From: Lama guanicoe
Taxonomy: Eukaryota
NCBI GenBank assembly: GCA_013239625.1
Contig: MU054187.1
Location: 23,684,795 to 23,748,794, forward strand
Direction: 5' to 3'
Length of the DNA: 64,000 nt
The notes under the pieces were generated by a model. It had not been told where the DNA came from and did not search any database. It worked only from the letters and a program-made list of their open reading frames with translations. The translations under genes were made by a program, and so were the position numbers. Each line of letters begins with the position of its first letter. Position 1 is the stretch's first letter. Below, piece after piece: positions 1 to 12,514 of this stretch.

Positions 1-769
1 GATAGATTTGGGGTTTACGGAGGTACATCAATTAATAAATAGTATAAACCCTCCCCTTCAATGGAGTTCCATTGGTTCCATTCAACGGTGGGATTTGAAA
101 GATAAGGGGTTAAGATGAGCTTGGATTTGATAATATTTTGATTATAATTGTGGCCAAATTATTATATACAAAACCACCATACTCATATTCCTCCTTTGCT
201 TGTGTCTCCTTCTTTATTATTTCTTTTTCTTACATTAACGCTACTAAAGCAGAGCGCTATAATTATTTTTCAAAGCACGAAATGGTACTAACAATTTTGT
301 TCTTGAGCACTGAATAAATATTGCAATAATAAGTGATCATTATTAACAGTGAATGCATGGATTTTAATAAATCATCTGCCCCAAAGCATCTTACCCTTTT
401 GATCACAATCAGTACTTTGTCAGAAAATTTACTTGATGGCACCATTAAGATAATACTTTCTTCAACTGTTTTAGAGAAAACAACTTGAAACGACAACGAG
501 TCCCTGTCCCTGCATTTCCCAGGGCATCCCAGTGTTGCTAACCCTCAAAAGACACAAAGCAATGCTTTATCACACCAATCTAACAGCTTTTTGAAATGAC
601 GCTGCTCATGTATCACAGACATACAGTCACAGGTAAACAGCTCTTGGATAATTCTGTCAACATTTGGGGTATTTTTTGCACTATCAATATGGTGCACACT
701 GCATGTGTGTATATCCAGCCTGTAATAACAGTAACAATAGCAATAATAAACCGTTTAGTTAGAAGTATC

Positions 770-925
770 TGAAGGATCATCTTACTCAATCCCTTCCATT
801 TGCAATGATGATATTGGCTTTAAGACAGAAGTTAAATAACTTGCCCAAGGCCTTGTAAACAACAAGTGATGGAGATGATACTAGATGTGGGTCTAAACCA
901 GGAGTCCTGATTCAGCGCTCTTTTC
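770..925 (+). mobile_element. MIR SINE fragment
   Basis: MIR core-like 'gttaaataacttgcccaagg' at ~831-850. Confidence 0.65.
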
Positions 926-1639
926 AACACAATCTGTTGTCTCCTCAAAGCCAAGTGAACCCAAGCGCAGTGGTCTAGAAACACTGGGAAGTACTTCTGA
1001 GAAGCAGGTGACAGACAGTGGATGGACATGGCCAGAAGAATGCTCCTAGGTGCCATTCCTCACCATGTGCACACTTAGCCTCTCTCTACAGCCCAAGTTT
1101 TGCATCAAGGCTTCATAAAGTAATTCCACGGCAGCCAAGTACGAACTGCTTGAATTCTTTTCTCAAATGCTTCAAACTCCCACTTCTTAAGGATACTTCC
1201 TTTTTTTCTACTTCTTAAAAAAATTTTCTGTGCCAGAAACACGCATCCCCCTCCTTATCTGCCCCTAACTTCTACCTGGCCATGAGGCGGAAACTGAAGC
1301 GGCATTTGCTGCAGGTGAGCTCTGCGCGTTCCTGCTAGTCCCCGCTTCGCTCTTGTTAACAGGCTCCATAACTGCTTTGTTTCCCCTACAACAGCATTTA
1401 GCATATGTTATTCTGATTTCTTTTTTAATTGTCTGTCTCCCTGACAAACTGTAACTTCCAGGAAGGACACGAAACGTTTTTCATCTTTCTCACCATTTTA
1501 CTTTATCCCCAAGGCCTCTTAGACAATAAAATCCAAAGAAGCCACCCCACAAAAAGCCCCCCATTTTCTCACTTTCTTATGAAAGATGAACTATTTCTTC
1601 TTCCTAAGGCAAATCCCTCTGACAGTGTTAATCCCATCT

Positions 1640-3530
1640 CCTGCTGCCTTATGTGGAGATAAAAACTTTTGATTATCTCTTCTTTTTATTGTATATTTCA
1701 CCTCTGCCTCTCAATGGGATCTCTCCAATGTTTTCTTTTTCTTTTCAAAAATTTTTATTATTGTAGTAAAATATCCATAATATACAATTTACTATTTTAA
1801 CTATTTTTAGTGTTCAATTCAGCGGCATTTACATTGTCATGCAACCATCACCGCTATCCATGTCCAGAACTTTTTTCCAACGGCTTTTAAACATACTCAA
1901 GCATCTGCCACTTAAAAACCAACTGTAGAACTATCGGTCATCCATCTCACCCTCCTCCAGTGATACCCTTTCCCTTTCTCTTCAAAGCCAATTTCCTCTC
2001 TCCATGGTATCTATCTTCTCAGCAACTGCTTACTCCTAACTCATCCAATTAGGATTAGAGCACCGTCGTTCTTCCAAGAGTCCAATTAGATTTCAATTAG
2101 TGAACTACAGTGGTCCATACTGATGAATTCAAGGAGCTCCTTTCACTTCTCAACAGCAAGCCAAAACATGACCCCCTCCCTCCTCGGCACACTCCTTCCC
2201 TTACTTCCCCAGCCTAGGACACCCCTTGTTTCCTTCTTAGCCCTCCATCTGCTTCTTTTCTATATCCTTTGTGGACTCTTTTGCTTACACAAAGCCATTC
2301 ACTATAAGGGCCCCCGAAGGCTCCCCTGTAGGTCCTCTCCTGTCTTCAGAATATCTATTTCCCCTTCCCTTATAGGTAACCTTCTCCACGCCCTTGACTT
2401 TGGTAACTACCTGTGCATTTCAAACTCACCTATTATATGTGACAGTCTAGCCGAAATTTTTCGAGTTTAAATAGGAATTCAAAGTTGCTTTCTTAGCATT
2501 CTCTACAAATGGCCCAAACTCCACATTCCAAATGAAACTCTTAATTTTCCTCTCTCGTTTTCTGGAAGAATTGTTTTCTTCCAGGGTCCTCCACCTCGGT
2601 GAATTTCACTCTCATTCAGCCTGTTCCATGAGGGCGAGACCTACGACTCCACTTGGATCCATCCCACGCCTCACGCTTTTGATCACCAGTGTTTGTTGAA
2701 CAAAATAATAGACATATGAATGGATAAATGAATTGTAGGCCCTAAAATATTGGTTGAAAAAGCACATTCCTTTAACAAAATACTTACCGATTCTATTTCC
2801 TAAATTTCCCTCTTAAGTCCTCTTCTTTTTCCCAGCTTCAGTGCCACCACCTTTAATCCAACATCACCTCCCCACCTAGAACCCTGCAATGTCCACCTAG
2901 CCGGTTTATCTGTGCTTACTCTGACTCCAGTTGCAATCCTTTCTCCGCACTGCAGTACAAACCCCGATTCTCTGCCCACTTAGCCCGCGAGGGCTTCCAC
3001 CACCCCAAGAACGCAGTTCTGCCGCGTCACAGGCTTGTGTGGTCTGATCCTCCACCTCCATCTCAGCCCTAAGTTACGCCCAGGTACCGTCTCTCTCTGA
3101 GCTCCAGCCACACTGCCTTTCTCCCGGCTCTTTGTTCTCAGCGCCGCTCCCAACGCCGTCTGGTGTGTGGCCTTGAGAAGGGCCGGCTGGGAAGCTCCCT
3201 CACCCTCTTCCAATTTTAAATAGACGATTCCCGCCCATTCTCTAGAAAACATGTCAGATGCCGCTGGCTCGGAGAAGCCTGACACAGCTAGCTCAAACCC
3301 CGTTATCAGCTTCCATGTCATCAAGTGCGTCTTCCTCATGGCAATTCCCATGTTATTAAATTTCTTCTTGTTTAATTTACTTCAAGCCCTTTGACTTCAC
3401 GCAGAGACCACATCTCTTTTGATAACCATCACAGTTCCCTCAACCTAACTGAGAACCTGCAACGCAGTAAGCACTCAAGGGATAGTTGTTGCACAAAGCA
3501 AGGGATACCTGGATGGATGAGTGAGTCGTA
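1640..3530 (+). mobile_element. Degraded L2 LINE fragments (interrupted)
   Basis: Pyrimidine-rich L2-like sequence with two L2 3'-tail-like ends (tgttgaac...tgaatggataaatgaat ~2695-2733; cagtaagcactcaa...ggatggatgagtgagt ~3465-3526). Confidence 0.55.
1750..1878 (-). mobile_element. L1M 3'-end fragment inserted in L2
   Basis: 'tttattattgtagtaaaatat...gcaaccatcaccgctatccatgtccagaac' matches the antisense old L1 3' terminus. Confidence 0.7.
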
Positions 3531-3629
3531 GGGCCCTAAAATATTTGTTGAAAAAGCATATATTTCAACAACTAATTTACTGAGCACCTATTATGTCTAG
3601 AGACTATCGAAGGCACCGGCAATAGCTTA

Positions 3630-3870
3630 TGTTTATATATTGATCTCTTCCTATGTGTCAGATAAGGTGCCTGCCCGAAGCTTTGACTGAACAGGTGTGT
3701 TTTGTGTTGCCATCACACAAAGGCTGTGAGGCAGGTGCCAGGATTAGTCTCACTTCACAGATAAACTCTGGCTCAAAGAAGTTCCATCATTTCCTTAAGG
3801 TCATTTAAACAATAAGACACAGAGTCAGAATAACATCCAACTTGGTCAAATTCCAGAGTCTCTGACTGAG
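3630..3870 (+). mobile_element. MIR SINE
   Basis: 'cacttcacagataaactctggctcaaagaagtt...aaggtca' MIR core-like. Confidence 0.55.
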
Positions 3871-4639
3871 CTCCTTGAATGAGTGGTGACATATTCATCA
3901 TTTCAAACATAACAAGTTAAATAAACAAATGCAGCTTTGATTTCATGAACAAATTATAGTCCTAAAGTTGCCTAAAAGAGAAAGTTAGGAACAGCACTTT
4001 GCCAGCACTAACTCAAAGCCTCATCTACTTCTGAGTAACAAAAATGCTGAGTATGGCACAGGGTGATCTTGTACCAGTTATCAACAGACATGATATATGT
4101 CAGTGGTTAAAACAACCAGTGCAACCATTTCAGCAGTCCCGACTATTCCCTTCAAGCCTGGGCAATTGTACAATGAATATCTCTCTGAAATTCCATGAAA
4201 CACAGCCCTTCCAAATGCATTTAAGGTGGCTGCAGCCAGTAACACACACCTTGCAGGATACCACATTCTTTTTTTTATCCAAAGGCCATACACCAGGTGC
4301 TATACCAGATGACAGCAGGTTGCTGGCACAAAGTATTTCACATAATGTTGGGAACATCCTGAGATCTACTTAACCTCATACAGAAGGCTGGGTAAGCATG
4401 CCACTGAGGCATACAGTCCATCATCCAATAATTGCTGAATACCCACCAACCTATGGTCTACATCCTTAGCGTGTGATGCTGCTGCAAGTTAAAGCAAGAG
4501 AGTCCATTTTTCCTGCACCAAAAATAGGCAGAAATTATTAATATAAAATTGATGATGAGGACGCAAAAGATAGAATTCTTTATACTCCTGTTGGGAGTAT
4601 AAATTGATACAACCTTTCAGGAAAGCAATGTTTGTTTTT

Positions 4640-5360
4640 TAATTAAAGTATCATTGATGTATAATATTGTATCAGTTTCAGGTATGCACCATAATGATTC
4701 AACAGTTTTGAGATTATACTCCATTTAAAGTTATTACAAAATAATGACAATATTTCCCCGTGCTGTCCAATATATATACCCTTGTGGTTTATTTATTTGA
4801 TACACAGTAGTTTGTGTCTTTTAATCCCATACCCATATCTCACCCTTCCCCCTCTTCTCTCTCCCCACTGGTAACCACTTGTTTGTTGTCTATATCTGTG
4901 AGTCTGTTTTTCTGTTTTTCTATATACATTTGTTTGTTTTCATAATACTTTCTAGGTTTATCCATGCTGTTGCAAAAGGTAACATTCTTTTTTGCAGCTG
5001 AGCATTATTCTGTATTCTATATATACATATATAATATCTTATCATGTATCCAGTCATCTGTTGATGGACACTTAGGTTGCTTGCATATCTCAGCTATTGC
5101 AAAAAATGTTGCTATGAACATTGGGGTGCATGTATCTTTTCCAATTACTGTTTTCATTTTCTTCAGATATGTACCCAGCAGCAGCACTGCTGGATCACAT
5201 GGTAGTTCTATTTTTAGCTTTATGAGGAACCTCCATACTGTTTTCCTAGTGACTGTACCAATATACATTCCCACCAAGAGTGTACTAGGGTTCCCTTTTC
5301 TCCACATCCTCACCAATATTTCTTATTTGTCGACTTTTTGATAATAGTCATTTTAACAGG
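4640..5360 (-). mobile_element. L1 (L1MA/MB-like) ORF2 C-terminus and 3' UTR, 5'-truncated
   Basis: ORF 5017-5316(-) reads WRKGNPSTLLVG...DPAVLLLG...TCTPMFIA...KQPKCPS, the L1 ORF2p C-terminal motif set; typical L1 3' UTR follows. Confidence 0.9.
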
Positions 5361-6197
5361 AAATCAAGGTTCATTATGTGGTAAGAACTTTGAAATTCTC
5401 ACAGACTTTGACTTAGTCTTTCCCTATTTCAGTGTTTTAGCTCAAGGAAATAATCAGAGATGTGAAAGAAGGTGCATTTATTCATTCACTCTTCTCTAAT
5501 TCATTTATTCATACTCATTTATCCTTTCATTCAACAAATAGTTACTGGACATCTTCTAGGGGGGAAAAAAGAGGACATTAAAAATTTTGCCCTCACAGGT
5601 CTAAGAGAGAGTAGCACAAGAAACCAGATAATTTTAACTTATAGGTAAAAAAAGCATGGGGCCCTTCTTGCAGACAGTGGGGACAGAGAGGTTCAAGCTG
5701 ATACCTGACAACAAGTAAGGGTGAGTCACACAACTGGGAGACAGGCACAGAGGAGAACACTCCAATCAGATGGTACAGCTTGGAAGGAGAAGCACGTGGA
5801 GATATGAAAAAGAGACAGAAGGGACCACAGAGAAAAAAGAATATGAGGAAAGTATCATAGATGGTAGGAACGTGGGTCACGTCTATTTCTTTACACGTCT
5901 CCACAAATCTAAAATGTATACACTGTCCATCCAGGAAAGTATGTTTAAAAGCTATTATAAAAGCTAGCAAAACAGAAAATTATTGTAACAGCACACACAG
6001 CTGACCCACAAAGCACATCAAAGAGCTCTCCCATCAGAGGAGCGCTGTCAGGAAGAGAATAAAAGACGAGCAGATTTCAAAAGCTTGAAGAAATAAAATA
6101 CATATACATCACACACACAAACGTACATGTACACATACACACACTCACACAGGAAGCATTTCACACTAAACATTTTCTTTTAGATCGTACATAAAAA

Positions 6198-6648
6198 TAG
6201 TCATTTCTCATTATTTACAATAGTTTATGTGCTGTAAAGCCACTGTCGATACCAGCAAATGCTAAATTATGGCTCCAAGAGGAAATATACACACACATAT
6301 ATGGCTCACATAGATCATACTCTTAAATCCTAATAACGACACAGATTAATTCTTTCTTCTTTATTTTACAAAAGAGAAAATAAGGTTCGGAAGTGTGAAG
6401 TGACTTGCCTGAGGCCACTGCACGAACAGGTGTCACAGTTGGGATTCGAACCCTGTCCAGCTCAGCCAGAGCTTCCTGCCCTGTGCTAGGGTACCCCCTA
6501 CCACCTCCATCCTTGCTTGGCCTCTGCTGGGGATGTGCCTGTCTGTGAATGACCAGGAAAATGCCACTGATTGATTTTGAGGTTAACAATGAATCATAGC
6601 AAGTCAGTAAATTCACAGTGATGGAATCCACAAATCAGGAGGACCAAG
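6198..6648 (+). mobile_element. TcMar-Tigger non-autonomous element (MER82/Tigger9-like) with internal MIR-derived segment
   Basis: Left end 'agtcatttctcattatttacaatagtttatg' and right end 'gattttgaggttaacaat...ggaatccacaaatcaggaggacca' resemble MER82/Tigger9 ends; MIR core at ~6360-6460. Confidence 0.65.
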
Positions 6649-7899
6649 CACACAGTGGAAACAGCCGCATTGCACAGCATGTCATCCTAAGATACACATC
6701 GAGAAATGCTGCTGTGTGCCTGCGTCTTGTGTGTAGGGTGGAGAGAGAGCCCTGTCAGCTTGGGGCCTTCCATTTACAGACATGCTACGGGGAAGATCTA
6801 TAACCTTTCTGAACTAAAACTTCCTCTTCTGTACATTAATTTTTAAAAAATGGGCTCTGTTATTTCAGAATTTTCTTCTGACTGCAAATCTATGGATCTC
6901 TAGGGTTTTTCCATCTCTAACTGTTTTCTACTTCAAGGGTTTTGTGACCTTACAGACATGCATTTAATTTAGTTATCTAACAATAGTTCACTAAGTCCCA
7001 CCTCACTTGTGATGAACAATTTGAGTCTACAACATTCTAAGGCAGGAAACAGGGAGGGAGGGATGAGAATTCCTTATTCATGCCACACGGAATCTAAACA
7101 CCAACCCCAAACTGAGACAGTAAGAATAGCGTTCACCAAATGACATCTTACATGCTCACAACCTTCTGGACACAGAAGAAGTAATCATAAGCTAAGCTGA
7201 ATATACTTTTTGTTTATGCTTCGCCTGCACAATACCCTGCAATAGGGCAAACTTCCCAAAATATTCAAGAACTAAAGAGATTATCCAGTCCCAACACGTA
7301 AAACCTTGTTTAATTTGACATTTGAAGTCAGTTCAAAAGTAAGGTCAATTTTTAAGGAAAACAGGGATATAAGAATGTATTCTATTATGGGTCTGGCTAA
7401 AGCATTCTAGCAGTACTCTTGTACACCAAAACCAGTGATTACTGGAAGCTTCAAGGAGCCACAACAAGAGAAGTAAACCAGAAAGACCCCGCCTTCTGTA
7501 GGAAGACTTTATGCCTCGGACAGGCACGTCAGGGCTCTGGGGTAAGGGTCTCTGTTTACTCCCTGCTTTCCCACTAGAAGCCAGAAAGTAAACTCAGGGT
7601 CTTAGAGCGAGGAAACAGAGCAGGACATACTTTTCCAGACTGGGGTAGAGGCAAAAGAAAGATCTCTCTCTCTCAGGTAGAAAAATATACTTGGAGCGAA
7701 CAAATTAATAAAAGCTGCAGGCAAGAAGAAAAAGTCCAGTAGAAGGCAAAGCCTAGGTTTTTTTTAAAGAGAATAATCATTAGTATCATCTTCTTTTATT
7801 TCAAGTTAATATTTAGAGTAAGTTTAGCAACAGAAATATGAGAGAATATTAGAAACATATAAAATCATATTTTCAATAGATAACAATTTTTAACTGTGA

Positions 7900-8130
7900 A
7901 TAACAATTACCATTTTTTGAGAACTGTGTGTTTACCAGATGCGTTATGAATGTTATCTTGAATCCTCCTAATAACAGTACGAGGTAAACATTATTGTTTT
8001 ATTTATGCACGGGGACACTGAGACTCACAAATTCTAAACAATTTCCCAAACCTACACACAGTTGGTATTTTGAGGAGGTGTTATTTTTAACTTAGATCTG
8101 CCTTGATAGGAAATCCATTCCCATTCCATG
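7900..8130 (+). mobile_element. MIR SINE
   Basis: 'ttgaatcctcctaataacagtacgaggtaaacattatt...actgagactcaca'. Confidence 0.65.
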
Positions 8131-8332
8131 ACACAAGGACCCTTTCTCCTGAAAACAGTACCTTGAAAGCCAAAATCAATAGGTTTTGAGTAAGAATTAT
8201 TCTAAAATAATTACCTGCTTTGTTGAAAAGATGACCATTTAATAAGAAATTAGATTTGTTTTAGAAGTTAGAAAGTCTTTGAACCTCTTTCAGTTTGTTA
8301 CTAATTTTTTTTTTCATATTAGTTCACAGTGT

Positions 8333-8503
8333 CAGTAGTTTTAATTCTTAGTTGTTGAGGGGATTATGGAGTCCTTTGGGAATCTGAAGAAAAGATCCTA
8401 AGAAAATACTCATTTACAAATACTGCATTTGACTTCAGAGAGTTCACAGTGCCCCGATATCTACCTCTCTAGGATGCTGTGAACACCAGGGAGGAACCAC
8501 CAG
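8333..8503. mobile_element. Short hAT-Charlie-like MITE, copy 1
   Basis: 'cagtagttttaa...cctttgggaatctgaagaaa...ttcagagagttcacag...aacaccaggga' resembles short Charlie-family elements. Confidence 0.45.
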
Positions 8504-8917
8504 TATTGGGAGCAGTACCACCCTGGCTCAAACAGTCCTGAAATCATACTGGTTATTATGTCCTTAAACTGCCAGTAAGTAAAGGGTTTTAAACAATCAA
8601 TAAATATTAGAAAGTTAAATGTGCAACAGAAATCATATGATTGAAAAAAATAAATTTAGAAGTCATACAGAGGGCTTAATGAAATAGGCTGCATTTGTCA
8701 CCCACATAACTAAGCAGTTTTTCCTTCACTGTGTAGTCATAAAAGCCCGAATATGAAAATCCATCAACATCATTTAATTAAATCACCACCATCAAATATG
8801 CATAGCAACACTTTCTGGAAAAGATTAACATTTAATCAGAAGTTATGTTTATATATTAAAAATTAACAAAAACCTATAAACCTCTTTTAGTTTAATCTAA
8901 ATGTTAATACACAGGGA

Positions 8918-9095
8918 CAGTAGTTTTAACTCCTAGTTCATGGTGGTTTTGTACTTCCTCGAGACCCTGAAGAAAGAACCACTGACATATACACATTTAT
9001 AAACACCACGCATGACCTCAGAGAGCTCACCGTACCCTGATGGCTCTCTGCTTAGCTCTCTCAAGTTCCATAAACACCAGGGAATGAACACCCAG
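8918..9095. mobile_element. Short hAT-Charlie-like MITE, copy 2
   Basis: Same ordered motifs as 8333-8503. Confidence 0.4.
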
Positions 9096-9599
9096 CTATG
9101 CAAACTACAAGTGTAAGACTTTGAAAGTAATCTAAATACCGCAGTTGTGATTTTGAATATATCATCAATTCTGAATACAACATAGATGATTTTAAGAAAA
9201 TAAAAAAAGAGAATGAGTTAAAACAACTAACACTAAACAAAGTATTCTAGGTTCTGAGAACTTGGTTTTGAACTTTCTCTTCACAGTGCCATCGCACGAC
9301 TTACTTAGCTGATGTTGAGCTAAGCTTTTCTCCCAAAATGACCTACTTTTTTAAATGACAACTCTAGAAGTTGATGCTCGATGAAATTTTCAAGTAGCTT
9401 TGAACTGGGTGTGAGTTTCTATCCAATCAAACACATTATCAATTAAACACATGAGTAACAAAATTCAATTTAATTAGCTATTCTTTCTTTCAAATGTCAT
9501 TGTAATTTAAATGACAATAAGAATAAACACTTTTTAAAAAGTTAAGCCATTCGTTTTAAAAGTGAGCATTACCTACTTTCTTTTAACTCAAAGAACATA

Positions 9600-9810
9600 T
9601 AGCAAAGGTGTGTTGGACATATTTTTAAGTGTACACTATACATTTTTAAACCTCACTTAATCCTCAGAACTTTATGAGAGGTAGTATTATCATATTATCT
9701 ATAGAAAAGGTAACTTTTTTATTTTACAGAAAAGCAAAATAAATTTCATGATGTGTAAGCAATTTATCCAAAACCACATAGTATAAGTTAGGATTTAAAT
9801 TCAGGCCAGT
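9600..9810 (+). mobile_element. MIR SINE
   Basis: 'ctcacttaatcctcagaactttatgagaggtagtattat...attttacaga'. Confidence 0.6.
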
Positions 9811-11699
9811 GAATGCCCCCTCTTCATCTCATCTGTTTATAATAAAGCGTTCCTAGTTATTTCATGATCTATTAGCCAATATTTGACGAGCAACAACTGT
9901 GTCAGACACTTTTCTAGGCATTCTCTAGTTTGATAAGGGAAAGGAAAGGAAAAACAAATAGAATTCTGAAGACCATGCTGAAACACTTCAAATGTAGAGC
10001 AAGTGTCAAGAGCATCAGGCCCACTGCTGTAACGAGTCATTCAAGCCAGCATCCATGGGAAGTTACTGAAACTTGATATACCAAGATATTTGTGTTTTTT
10101 AATTGGCTTTTCGTAAAGAAGTTTTATAAATCCTAACAGTAACTAAGGAAACCTTACAGTCATATCTACATACACATGTGCATGCACACACAGTAAGCTT
10201 TCTTGACAACCCATCTGGGCTTGAGTTACAGTTCCCTAAGGCAACATCTGGAATTTAAATCCATCCGAACTCAGAGGCTGCATGAATTGATTATTAAGCT
10301 GTATGTGTGTGCGCGTGTTGATTTGTGTTTCTTTTTTTTGGACCTAACATTTCACTCTTAACAATGAAATGCAGGCGTGAAACATCAACTTAGGCTTCAA
10401 TTCCCACTTTCAAGGGATTAGCGTTGTAAGTATCTCTCTCATCTTACAAAATAGTGTGAATCCTTTGGGATGTGGCACGAAGGATACAGGAATTAAACCT
10501 CATCCTCATTCACAGATGTGACTGGTAATTAACAAGGGCACACACTGCTTCCACCTTGCCTCCTGGATTTAAAATGAGTCTCCTCTTATTTGGAAGTTAT
10601 GCACCACAGTGAGTTCCAGTTTCCCATCAATAACCGAGTACTTGATTGCTTAACCCTGGAATCTAAAATGGAGAAGAAACGTTGAAGAAAACAAGATGGA
10701 ACAGGAGAGAAAGGTGATATATACCTTTAGACTGCACAGTGCCCAGTCAACTCTATCCGTAGACTCTCTCAGAGGAAACGTAACACAATAGAGAACAATT
10801 TACATTAAATGTTTTCAGTGATGGTCTCAGTTTTCCAAAGTGGCTGAGTCTGTCAAAGAAAGCTATTTTCAAATGCCTTTTGTTTTTATTACTGCTCAAA
10901 TCTAATAAACATGGTGGTTTCTGGAAAGAATTCAGAAATGTTTTCCAGCCCTTAGTCTGTTTTCATAAAAACATGTTGGTTAAAGAAGTAAGGTAATTCT
11001 GGAAATTGTGTAGTAATTTCTTTGGAAATTATAAGTGAAGCACAGATGGTAATACATTGCTTTTACAAGATATATTTTCATATACAGATGATATTGTCCT
11101 GAACCCTGTACTGTCCCATTTTTCTCTAACAAGACATAAAACAGCACCATAAAAGGTGCATGAGTGAAAAAAAAACCCCAGAAAAATCAAAACCTTAGAT
11201 ATGACATTTTGCTTGACTGCATTAAAAAGTTTCATAATGGAAATACATATATAAATGTATAATATATATAAACATGTGTATTAATTGTACATTATTCCTA
11301 ATCACTAAGTGACATTAGTCTGAATAAAATACCAAGACTATGTTTATAACCCAATATTTGATCCCACCTCAAAGTTTCTCACTCTCTATTGTTCAGCAAT
11401 CACTGATTTACCTTTTATTGATTGCCAGGCATGATGCTGGGATAAAAGGTGAATAAATCTCTACACTGAAGAATTCTAAAAGACACATGAAGTGAAGGAA
11501 ATACTGATTTAAAGTAGTGGCTTCAACCACATCTACTCCCAACAAGACAGCTGGTATCATTTTTCTTTTAAAATAGAGGAAGTTCGGAATAAGTCACTGT
11601 GACTAGGGACCCTAAAATAATGATTTTGAAATTAAAAATAAATTTTCAGTATGGTTATTATAAGTAATTGGTCCATTTATGTTATTCAAACTTGGACTT

Positions 11700-12200
11700 T
11701 CAATAGCTATAATCTTTGATAGTTGTATTTTAACAGATTGGCTAAGACATCCTTTGTTCAAAGGATTAGGATTTGTGGAAACAAAGCTAGACACATGTGC
11801 CAGACACTTGGCATGCGCACTCGGGCCTGAACCAGCGACCTCCCAGGAGCAATCGGGCAGGGAAGCCTGTGCAGGGCGACAGCGCAGGTACGGACGGGCA
11901 TCGCGGCCACCAGTGCTATTCCCCGGAGCAGGACTGCAGGCGGCTCTTGAGGAGGAAGGGCCCACATCTGCAAAAGCAGCCTTGTGGAAGTGTGTCTCCC
12001 TAACTTGCCCATCTTCTCTGTAATAACCAAGAAGGTGTCTGAGACCTGAGACCAGTCCCTTGTGGGTGCTGCAGAGAATAAAGCTGTAATGAGCCATCCT
12101 GATTCACTGCAGAGACGACCTCTCTGACTGTGGCCCACACCAAAGCTCAGGGTGAGTCACAGAAGGTTTAGGGACTTACCTGTTAGAGAAAAGAAATGAT
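11700..12200. promoter_or_regulatory. Candidate intronic enhancer (TCF/LEF and AP-1 motifs, local CpG enrichment)
   Basis: CTTTGAT 11714-11720, CCTTTGTTCAAAGG 11751-11764, AACAAAG ~11780, TGAGTCA 12153-12159, CpG cluster ~11815-11945. Confidence 0.4.
12174..12199 (-). other. Juxtaposed 3'/5' splice site (recursive-splice-like motif)
   Basis: Minus strand reads catcatttcttttctctaacAG|GTaagt. Confidence 0.45.
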
Positions 12201-12339
12201 GGCATGACTTCCTTAAGGACTTCCTCACGCTCAGCTGACAAGGGACCTGGAGCAGTCAGGATGGAGCTGTCTGCCCCAGGGTACGTGCTGTAAGTGCCCT
12301 GAGGTGGTTGCCTGAGTATGCTCTAGACTTACTGTCAGA

Positions 12340-12510
12340 GCCGGCTCCCACGTCTCACACTTAGTAGTTGGAAGGCTTTTAGTTAGGCCAGTTTCTCAAC
12401 TTCTCTGTGACCTCAGGTTTTTTGTTTGTAAAATGAATATGGTAATAATATTTTCACACATAACATTTAGCACAACGTCTGGTACATTTGCAAAATGCTC
12501 AGTAAATACT
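12340..12510 (-). mobile_element. MIR SINE
   Basis: 'ctcaacttctctgtgacctcaggtttt...gtaaaatg...atttagcaca...atgctcagtaaata'. Confidence 0.7.
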
Positions 12511-12514
12511 GCCT

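Noticed and set aside
4044..4373. 109-aa ATG ORF with overlapping antisense ORFs in unique sequence
   Set aside because: No recognisable domain and no convincing splice signals.
11612..12138. Four overlapping ORFs of 68-161 aa
   Set aside because: Local GC enrichment explains them; no recognisable homology or coherent exon boundaries.
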